Positions 20,401 through 26,740 of a DNA stretch of 37,793 bases are shown here, one piece after another (position 1 is the first letter of the stretch; each line of letters begins with the position of its first letter). This DNA is from Actinomycetota bacterium. Its GTDB lineage: Bacteria; Actinomycetota; Actinomycetes; S36-B12. The position numbers were made by a program, and so were the translations under genes. The DNA is taken from contig CANJCG010000003.1 in the NCBI GenBank assembly GCA_947472655.1, positions 1 through 37,793 of the forward strand, read 5' to 3'. Under the pieces are notes generated by a model. It searched no databases. It was not told the DNA's origin and worked only from the letters and a program-made list of their open reading frames with translations.

Positions 20401-20936
20401 CCTACGAGATCACGCCAATGCTGAAGCACTGCAGCAGCTGCTCGTAATTGTCCACGCAATAAGCAAGCACCAAGTTCAGAATCGGGGCCCAGGAGCGCGA
20501 CTAAGCCTTGGCTATGCGCAATGACATCTGATATTTCCAGAATCGGCATTCCATAGGTATCGGTGTTGGCGTGTGCAGCTGAAATCAATCGACATAGCGA
20601 AGCCCAGCCCTGCTTGCCTCGAGCAAGAAACACCACTCGGGTATCTCCTTGTGCTACCCATGCGCCGCCTCGAGCAGGTGTACGGCGGGCTCTCGAATCA
20701 ACCACCGGAGCATGGATAGGAACCACCGCGAGGTCAACTCCCACAACTGGCGTAATACCCGCACTCAGCGCAGCTTGCACCCACTGAACTGCGCCATACA
20801 CCCCATCGCGATCAGTGAGCGCGATGATGTGATGACCATCAGCTGCAGCACGCTCAATGAGCCGCGCAGGGGTCGCTGTGCCGTACTGCAAGGAATAACT
20901 CGAGGCCACACGCAGATGCGGCCATGACAACAACAT
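17442..20936 (-). CDS. dnaE2: C-family DNA polymerase alpha subunit, accessory error-prone DnaE2-like clade
   Basis: ARGSGAGS, LPDIDID and KLDVLG catalytic motifs, GFCKAHAAAF, OB fold; PHP ligands degenerate (HLRVAS, LTDRDG, GVDL); ends KLWHSSPGSSGW; start moved to ATG 20936 (GGAG 5 nt upstream). Confidence 0.88.
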   Translation of the reverse strand: MLLSWPHLRVASSYSLQYGTATPARLIERAAADGHHIIALTDRDGVYGAVQWVQAALSAGITPVVGVDLAVVPIHAPVVDSRARRTPARGGAWVAQGDTRVVFLARGKQGWASLCRLISAAHANTDTYGMPILEISDVIAHSQGLVALLGPDSELGACLLRGQLRAAAAVLQHWRDLVGPSLAIAIGSHRTDHKAVWSTSQAAAMWRWAREHHVRVVLSHGARYLEAADAATADVLDAARQLVPLSSSRVVGNNGEAILDSPQALDARVQEIAQAAGIARSTLHRDTWTLIESCALDPENDLGLGQAFVPELDVLTGATAADSSNEVQQAQALLATRCHLAISQRYSSTADQQTAGIRLEEELRTIGALGFAGFFLTVAEVVDLVTSRKVRVAARGSGAGSLVNYLLGISGVDPLSHGLLMERFLSTLRKELPDIDIDVESDRRLEIYDWIFERFGDKRVACVSMMETYRVRHAIRDVGAAFGLPADEIDSFAKAFPHIRARNARAALDDLPELKRSRFGVMAAQGKLDSFLARVEALDGLPRHIAMHPCGVLLSDVSLLDRTPVQSSNAGYPMSQFDKDDVEHMGLLKLDVLGVRMQSSIAHTVSEVQRTKGVTLALQHVPLDDPATYELIASTRTLGCFQIESPGQRELIGKFGPETFNDLIIDISLFRPGPVKSDMINPFLRARQGWCAPQFVHEDLRPILEETQGVVVFHEQVMRIVSVMTGCSLAEADETRRSMNTHLGIDDVRTWFYPTALRRGYSLEVVEKVWDVLRSFASFGFCKAHAAAFALPTYQSAWLKTHHPAAFYAGILTHDPGMYPKRLILDDARHFGVEILGIDINRSTQVYEVESTPTGEGVRVPFVEVKGINADEVKRLVAGQPYQSLSDAWNRSGIARPTAEHLVLTGAFDHLYDIDRNRSVRERGHLTRRDLLLQLADLGRRPRGDGPGQLLLDLGDDPATTPASGLPEMTIGESVRAELDLLGLDVSKHVIEFFRPMLTQLGITRAEQLLNCRSEQEIYIAGVKVATQTPPIRTGKRVIFLTLDDATGPLDATFFEDFQVPYASTVFSSWLLLVRGHVRRTGPRGVSIRATGAWELGAVHEHWRTSGTDAVRQTLISDRPVGVDATGSRVLVHASGFRVSPYADVVPAGPVTKLWHSSPGSSGW

Positions 20937-20945
20937 AAAAACTCC

Positions 20946-21026
20946 AGAAGAAAAGGAAAAGTAAGAAGCGACAGCTACCGGTTGGGAAGGCACCACAACC
21001 GATAGCCGTTGCACTTCGGCTGTCGG
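20946..21026 (-). terminator. Terminator/antiterminator-like element between the HEPN gene and dnaE2
   Basis: 11-bp stem 20974-20984/20996-21006 followed on the minus strand by UGUCGCUUCUUACUUUUCCUUUUCUU; overlapping alternative stem 20999-21008/21017-21026. Confidence 0.55.
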
Positions 21027-21041
21027 GGATCAGCCGGTGAC

Positions 21042-21485
21042 CTAGCTGCCAGTAGGCAGCATGGATTGATGCGTTACACCAAGGGATGCGGTGACACGCT
21101 CAACAAAAGTTTCGACATCGCGAACCAGGTCATCGGCCTCACGAGAAGTCACACAGGGCACACCTGCCTGCGCAAGAGTTCGCTTGCGAGCCCCAGCCGC
21201 AAAAAAGTCGGACCATTCGGCGAACTCGCCCGCAACTTCCGGGAGTACTTGCCACACGCTGCGCACCCGGCTGCGAGATTTACGTTGAACTCGGCCGTGC
21301 GTTGCTAGTACAGCTGCTGCTGCTCGCAGCGCGGCCAAATGGGCTGCTGCATATCTATCAGCAGCTGTGCTGGCCACGATCGCCTCGGTCAGGCTGCGGC
21401 GAGCTGCAGTAATGAGTTCATGTGCTGCTGAAGGAAGTGCGCTCAGCGCGGTGGCTGAGCGGGGGGTTGCTATCAGAATTGCCAT
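21042..21485 (-). CDS. SAV_6107-family HEPN-domain protein
   Basis: DRYAAAHLAALRAAAAVLA, SVWQVLPEVAGEFAEWSDFFAAGARKR and VTSREADDLVRDVETF patterns; start moved to ATG 21485 with SD AAGGAG. Confidence 0.85.
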   Translation of the reverse strand: MAILIATPRSATALSALPSAAHELITAARRSLTEAIVASTAADRYAAAHLAALRAAAAVLATHGRVQRKSRSRVRSVWQVLPEVAGEFAEWSDFFAAGARKRTLAQAGVPCVTSREADDLVRDVETFVERVTASLGVTHQSMLPTGS

Positions 21486-21640
21486 GACAAGCTCCTTATT
21501 CGGGATGTGGTTCGACTTCTTGTACTTCGACCCATCGACCCCGGCTCCTTGCACCGCCGAGCCCGGGGTCGAAGCGAGCCCGGCGGGGCAAGAAAGCTCT
21601 CTGAGAACCCCGGCCGCGAATCCTGCGAGCCTCAGAGTGT

Positions 21641-21656
21641 TCGAACACTTGTTCGA
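21641..21656. promoter_or_regulatory. LexA (SOS) box, actinobacterial consensus
   Basis: TCGAAC-ACTT-GTTCGA is a perfect TCGAAC-N4-GTTCGA. Confidence 0.9.
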
Positions 21657-21665
21657 ACAAGACAC

Positions 21666-21695
21666 ACGTTAGCCCGAAGGCCTGACAGTCGTCAA
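21666..21695 (-). promoter_or_regulatory. Promoter of the HEPN-dnaE2-dinB operon: SigA-like -35/-10 plus PafBC (RecA-NDp)-type motif
   Basis: Minus strand TTGACG-N18-TAACGT containing TGTCAG-N10-TAACGT. Confidence 0.75.
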
Positions 21696-21764
21696 TCCCA
21701 CACGTTCTTTATGTCTATGTTCCCCCTCAGATATGGTCCGCAATACCCAAGTCAAGGAGCACTC

Positions 21765-22577
21765 ATGAGCAAGGTTTGGTTCATCACAGGAGCATCACGC
21801 GGCTTTGGCCGTTCGTGGACAATCGCAGCGCTCGAACGCGGCGATCGTGTTGCCGGCACCGCTCGCGATATCTCCATGCTCAGTGACTTGGTTGCCACCT
21901 ACGGCGATGCCTTTTTGCCGTTGCAGCTTGATGTCACCGATCGTTCTGGTGATTTCGCTGCTGTTCAACAAGCTCACGAATACTTCGAACGACTTGATGT
22001 CGTGGTGAACAACGCTGGCTACGGTCATTTCGGCTTCACTGAAGAACTGTCTGAAGTTGATATTCGCAATCAAATGGAAACGAACTTCTTTGGTGCCCTC
22101 TGGGTAAGCCAGGCAGCAATTCCCATCATGCGCAATCAAGGCTCCGGCCACATCATTCAAATCTCAAGCGTTGGCGGGGTCTGTGCCTTCCCAATGCTCG
22201 GTGCCTACAACGCGTCAAAGTGGGCACTAGAAGCTATGAGTGAAGCACTCTCCCAAGAAGTTGCTGACTTTGGCATCAAGGTGACGATCATTGAACCTGC
22301 AGGATTTGCTACTGAATGGGGAAATACTTCATCGGTCCACTCCACTGCACTTTCACAGTACGCAGATAAACGAGCAGCACGCGCAGCAGCAGCACGCCAA
22401 ACGCCTCCAGCGGAAGCCACAAATGCTGCGATTTTTGCTGCGGTTGATGCCGAACACCCACCACTTCGTTTGCTGCTCTCGAGCTTTGCTAGCACCCTTG
22501 TCAACATTGCATACGACAAGCGGTTGGCTGAGTGGGATCAATGGAGCGAAGTCACTACGGCTTGCGACAACGTGTAA
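21765..22577 (+). CDS. Short-chain dehydrogenase/reductase (SDR)
   Basis: TGASRGFG, NNAGYG, YNASK; real start ATG 21765 with SD AAGGAG. Confidence 0.93.
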   Translation: MSKVWFITGASRGFGRSWTIAALERGDRVAGTARDISMLSDLVATYGDAFLPLQLDVTDRSGDFAAVQQAHEYFERLDVVVNNAGYGHFGFTEELSEVDIRNQMETNFFGALWVSQAAIPIMRNQGSGHIIQISSVGGVCAFPMLGAYNASKWALEAMSEALSQEVADFGIKVTIIEPAGFATEWGNTSSVHSTALSQYADKRAARAAAARQTPPAEATNAAIFAAVDAEHPPLRLLLSSFASTLVNIAYDKRLAEWDQWSEVTTACDNV

Positions 22578-22588
22578 GCAGAGCCGGG

Positions 22589-23245
22589 CTACTCCCCTTG
22601 TGGGTTCAAGGCTTCGGCATACCCCTCGCGGAATCCATGTTCTTTTTCCATGATTTTCAGTTCTAACGCAGCTTTTTCTGCCGCAATATCAAGTGTGGCT
22701 CGCTTATCCGCGATGTAATCCGTGACCGCGAATAGCACACCTGACACTACGAAGGTCAGGTGAATCATGATCATCCAAAAGATCTGATCAGTATCTGTCA
22801 TCTCAGGCTCAAGGAACACCGCAAGCAGCTGAATCACCGAAATTGCAACCAATGAACCAATGAGCTTGATCTTCAGACCAGAAAAGTCAACCTTGCCCAT
22901 CCAACTTGGACGATCTTCGGTGTCTTTCGCAACTGAGATTTTCGAAACAAAGTTTTCGTACCCACTGAAAATTACGATGATAATCAAGTTTGCTAACAGC
23001 ACGATGTCGAGCAACTCAAGCAAACTGATTGTGGTGTCTTTCAAACTTGCGCCCGAAGTGATGGTTAACAAATGCCAGAACTCTTGGGCAAACTTGACTA
23101 CGAGTACTACCAGGCCCAGGAGCAACCCAATATAGAACGGCATCAACAACCAGCGGCCATTGAAAAGCATCACTTCAACACCATGCTCAAATGACTTAAA
23201 TTTGCCAACAAACCCACGGCCGTGGGGATGTGGGTTCTTCGTCAT
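22589..23245 (-). CDS. UPF0114/YqhA (TIGR00645)-family membrane protein
   Basis: RWLLMPFYIGL, SGYENFVSKI, WMGKVDFSGLKIKL, HLTFVVSG; four TM helices. Confidence 0.85.
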   Translation of the reverse strand: MTKNPHPHGRGFVGKFKSFEHGVEVMLFNGRWLLMPFYIGLLLGLVVLVVKFAQEFWHLLTITSGASLKDTTISLLELLDIVLLANLIIIVIFSGYENFVSKISVAKDTEDRPSWMGKVDFSGLKIKLIGSLVAISVIQLLAVFLEPEMTDTDQIFWMIMIHLTFVVSGVLFAVTDYIADKRATLDIAAEKAALELKIMEKEHGFREGYAEALNPQGE

Positions 23246-23328
23246 AACTCACTCCTTGGGAATTGAACTGGCCTTTCAGGCTACTGACCCGGAAAGACTT
23301 CTAGTTTCCCACTCTAGACTGAGGCCTT

Positions 23329-24129
23329 ATGAGTGTGCGGGTATATACGGGGGGTCATGCCGATCGCGGCAGCAACCTTCCGTCGTGGGTACCAAAGGTT
23401 CCCTGGGCACTTCTCGGTATTGGAATTTTTTCCCAAATAGCCTGGATTTTGGTCGATGGCAACGTCCGTCGAATCTTGACTATCGTTTCGGTTCTTGCGT
23501 TCTTTGGCGCCTCAGCGATCCATGCTCGCCTGACACGTCGCACGAAATGGACGCTTGAATACCTCGGCATCACTCTTGGTGTGAGTTTCCTCGTAGAAGT
23601 TCTCGGTGTTGCAACACAATTCCCATTTGGTGAATACGCCTACACCGATGCTCTTGGGCCACAACTTTTCGGTGTTCCCTTGCTCATCCCGCTGGCATGG
23701 GCCTCGATGGCTTACCCCTGTCTGTTAGCGGCGCAAAGACTTGCAGTCGACCCACTGGCCACTGTCCTTATCGGTGGTGTGCTGCTTGCTTCGTGGGATC
23801 TTTTCCTTGATCCACAAATGGTGAGCCAGGGCTACTGGACCTGGGCCAATACTGGCTGGGAAATTCCTGGCATCGACGGCATCCCATTGCAGAATTTCTT
23901 AGGCTGGCTACTCACCGCCTTTGTCTTGATCGCTCTGCTTGATCGACTTCCTCGCCGGGTCGCGAAAGACGGCGTTCCCGTCGTGATGCTCAGTTGGTTG
24001 TATGTCTCAAATGTGATGGCAGCACTCGTGTTCTTTGGTCGACCAGGAGTCGCCTTATGGGGCGCAGTAATCATGGGCGCCATTGTCATTCCCTGGTGGT
24101 GGCGAAGTTGGAGCAGGCCGCAATGGTGA
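23329..24129 (+). CDS. cruF: Carotenoid 1',2'-hydratase (CruF-like)
   Basis: Multi-TM; EVLGVATQFPFGEYAY, GVPLLIPLAW, WDLFLDPQMV...YWTW, GIPLQNFLGW. Confidence 0.85.
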   Translation: MSVRVYTGGHADRGSNLPSWVPKVPWALLGIGIFSQIAWILVDGNVRRILTIVSVLAFFGASAIHARLTRRTKWTLEYLGITLGVSFLVEVLGVATQFPFGEYAYTDALGPQLFGVPLLIPLAWASMAYPCLLAAQRLAVDPLATVLIGGVLLASWDLFLDPQMVSQGYWTWANTGWEIPGIDGIPLQNFLGWLLTAFVLIALLDRLPRRVAKDGVPVVMLSWLYVSNVMAALVFFGRPGVALWGAVIMGAIVIPWWWRSWSRPQW

Positions 24130-25238
24130 TGAAGCGAATAACCACGTTGGGTTCTCTCACCGCTGGTGCACTTGCAATCCACACTGCATTCAACTTAGCT
24201 CACTTGCGCAAACCAAATCCCAACTCACCACCAGTTCTCGAAAAAGTTAGCGTGCTGATCCCCGCTCGTAATGAAGAATCAAATATTCAACATTGCATTG
24301 TTAGCGTCCTTGCATCCTTAGACGTACCTTCGCTCGAAGTGCTCGTCCTTGATGACGGATCAACAGATCGCACCGCAGAAATCGTCAGCTCAATCACAGA
24401 TTCACGAGTTCGGTTGATTCGAGGAATGGATGAACCCCCTCCAGGCTGGCTGGGCAAACCTTGGGCTTGCGCACGTTTAGCTACTGAAGCAACCGGCACA
24501 GTTCTGGTCTTTCTTGATGCTGATGTTGAACTATCTCCTGATGCAATTCGCGCTTGCGTCGGTGAACTCCGAGCACACAATTATGCGCTGGTCTCGCCTT
24601 ACCCGATGCAACTTGCACAAGGCTGGCTGGAACGTTTAGTGCAACCAATGGTGACATGGTCATGGTGCGCATTCTTGCCGCTGGAATGGTCACAACGATC
24701 TACACGTCCATCGCTTTCAGCAGCAAATGGTCAACTTCTCGTCGTTGATTCGGTGGCGTATCGAGGTATTAGCGGCCATGAAGCCGTTGCATCCGAAGTC
24801 CTTGAAGACATCGCCCTAATGCGTGCGCTGAAAAGTTCTGGATCATTAACGTGCACTATGGATGGCTCTGCCATCGCTACCTGTCGGATGTACTCAACCA
24901 CGAATGAAGTCATTGATGGCTACGCAAAATCGTTGTGGGCAGGCTTTGGCGGACCAGCCGGATCAATAGGTGTGAATGTCTTGCTGCTTTCTACGTTTGT
25001 CGTGCCACCTCTTGCTGCGGTCGCTGCTCGATCACCACGAACACGCGCTATGGGCACAGTCGGTTACCTCGCTGGGATTACTAGCCGTGCGCTGGTCGCT
25101 CGGCGAACTGGCTCGCGAGTCTGGCCAGACAGTGCCATGCATCCAGCTTCGATCACCGCATTCAGTGCGTTATCCGCCATCTCATGGTCGCGCCATCTCA
25201 AGGGAAAAAATACCTGGAAGGGCCGGTCGCTTTCATGA
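24129..25238 (+). CDS. GT2 glycosyltransferase, carotenoid glycosyltransferase (CruG-like)
   Basis: SVLIPARNEE, DDGSTD, GWLGKPWAC, FLDADV, ANGQ, EDIAL, CRMY; start overlaps the cruF stop (ATG 24129; 24123 or 24126 also possible). Confidence 0.85.
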   Translation: MKRITTLGSLTAGALAIHTAFNLAHLRKPNPNSPPVLEKVSVLIPARNEESNIQHCIVSVLASLDVPSLEVLVLDDGSTDRTAEIVSSITDSRVRLIRGMDEPPPGWLGKPWACARLATEATGTVLVFLDADVELSPDAIRACVGELRAHNYALVSPYPMQLAQGWLERLVQPMVTWSWCAFLPLEWSQRSTRPSLSAANGQLLVVDSVAYRGISGHEAVASEVLEDIALMRALKSSGSLTCTMDGSAIATCRMYSTTNEVIDGYAKSLWAGFGGPAGSIGVNVLLLSTFVVPPLAAVAARSPRTRAMGTVGYLAGITSRALVARRTGSRVWPDSAMHPASITAFSALSAISWSRHLKGKNTWKGRSLS

Positions 25239-26740
25239 GTCGCATTGTGGTGATTGGCGCTGGGGTTGGTGGCTTAGCTACTGCAGCGCGCACCGCAGTC
25301 AAGGGTCACGATGTTCTCATTGTTGAACAAGGTTCACGCGTTGGTGGAAAGTTGCACACCTATCGCCGAGATGGTTTTGCCTTTGATACTGGGCCCTCGC
25401 TTTTCACCCTTCCTGCTGTGTATCGCGATCTTTTTTTGAAAACTGGAGAGCCATTAGAAGACTGCGTAGATCTCCAAGAAGTTGAACCAGGGTTTACTTA
25501 CCACTGGAGTGATGGAACAACCGTCGTGCTTCCAGGTGTTGGTGTCGGCAAGGCTGCTGAAGCGCTTGGTGATGGGCTCGGAGGTCACGCCAGCGATCAA
25601 TGGCGAGCACTCATGCAACGGGCAAGCGACATGTGGGCACTAACTCGTGCGCCTGTATTGCAATCGCCACTAGAAGGCTTGCGAAGCGCAGTGCGGCTCA
25701 CAAATAGCGTGAGCGATATTCGCACGATTGCGCCTTTCACGACCTTACGAGGGCTAGGCAAGCGCTCCTTTAGCGATCCACGGCTTGTTACTTTGCTTGA
25801 TCGTTATGCCACCTATACCGGAAGTGATCCACGGCGTGCCCCTGCAGCATTGGCCACAGTTCCGTTTGTTGAACAAACCTTTGGCGCTTGGCATATTGGT
25901 GGTGGCGTTGGCACCTTGGCAGCCGTGCTCGCCGATCGAGCCAAAGCACGTGGAGCCGAAATTCGGTTGAACTCCCCCGTTGCCTCAATTGCGCTACGCG
26001 ATGGCGCCGTTTCAGGAGTCGAACTCACAACGGGCGAATTTCTGAATGCCGACATCGTCATTTCTGATGTCGATGCATCAGTTCTTTATGGGTCGCTCCT
26101 GCCATCAGATACCCGTTCAGCAAAAATCCTTCGCACGCTTAACCGCTCCACCCCTTCACTAGCCGGCTTTGTGATGCTGCTTGCTGTGAGTGGAGAAACT
26201 CCATGCATCACTCATCACAACGTTTGGTTTCCAGAGAATTACGATGCCGAATTCGATGCGATCTTTGCCAAGTCTGCACATGTTGTGCCAGACCCCACTA
26301 TTTATGCGTGCGTTCCTAAGGATCCCGCTATGCGACCGGACTCAGACCATGAATCGTGGTTCATCTTGGTGAACGCGCCTCGTCATAGCGATAGTGGCGC
26401 GGCGGGCACAATGAATTGGAATGCTCCCGGAGCCGCAGAGTCCTACGGAAAACACATCCTGGACCTTCTTGCTGTTCGCGGAACTGATCTGCGTTCGCGA
26501 ATTATCTGGCAGGAAATTTCCACTCCAGCCGATCTAGAACGCGATGCTGGCGCTCCGGGTGGTGGGATCTACGGAATGGCTAGTCACGGGTCGCTCTCAA
26601 CATTCAAACGTCCAGCAAATCAAGCACCAATCCCAGGCTTATTTGTCGTTGGCGGCTCCGCACACCCAGGTGGTGGATTACCGTTGGTTGGCATGGGAGC
26701 AGAAATTACTGCCGAACTTATTGGTCGTGCGAAAAAATAA
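25235..26740 (+). CDS. CrtI-family carotenoid desaturase, probably CrtD-like 3,4-desaturase
   Basis: GAGVGG FAD motif, FDTGPSLFTLP, GGSAHPGGGLPLV; ATGA overlap with GT2; follows cruF-GT2. Confidence 0.8.
   Translation: MSRIVVIGAGVGGLATAARTAVKGHDVLIVEQGSRVGGKLHTYRRDGFAFDTGPSLFTLPAVYRDLFLKTGEPLEDCVDLQEVEPGFTYHWSDGTTVVLPGVGVGKAAEALGDGLGGHASDQWRALMQRASDMWALTRAPVLQSPLEGLRSAVRLTNSVSDIRTIAPFTTLRGLGKRSFSDPRLVTLLDRYATYTGSDPRRAPAALATVPFVEQTFGAWHIGGGVGTLAAVLADRAKARGAEIRLNSPVASIALRDGAVSGVELTTGEFLNADIVISDVDASVLYGSLLPSDTRSAKILRTLNRSTPSLAGFVMLLAVSGETPCITHHNVWFPENYDAEFDAIFAKSAHVVPDPTIYACVPKDPAMRPDSDHESWFILVNAPRHSDSGAAGTMNWNAPGAAESYGKHILDLLAVRGTDLRSRIIWQEISTPADLERDAGAPGGGIYGMASHGSLSTFKRPANQAPIPGLFVVGGSAHPGGGLPLVGMGAEITAELIGRAKK

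Noticed and set aside
17442-20936. Possibility that this is the replicative DnaE1 or contains an intein
   Set aside because: PHP ligands degenerate, no tau-binding tail, LexA-controlled context; 1164 aa with contiguous motifs leaves no room for an intein
20937-21014. 26-aa N-terminal extension of dnaE2 in the ORF track
   Set aside because: Covers the hairpin and U-tract element; the PHP domain and an SD point to ATG 20936
21042-21485. HEPN gene as toxin of a HEPN-MNT toxin-antitoxin or defence module
   Set aside because: No nucleotidyltransferase or antitoxin neighbour and no clear C-terminal Rx4-6H; context is DNA repair
21510-21661. Repeated TCGA(A/C) words as a CRISPR or mobile-element repeat
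   Set aside because: Only 5-9 nt long and irregularly spaced, with no spacers, cas or transposase; explained by the LexA box and leader stems
21486-21764. In-frame extensions of the HEPN ORF (to 21665) and SDR ORF (from 21507), and ORF 21367-21672
   Set aside because: They cross the LexA box, promoter and structured leader; strong AAGGAG SDs mark starts at 21485 and 21765
22371-22397. GCA-rich repeat in the SDR
   Set aside because: Encodes RAARAAAAR in frame; ordinary low-complexity helix
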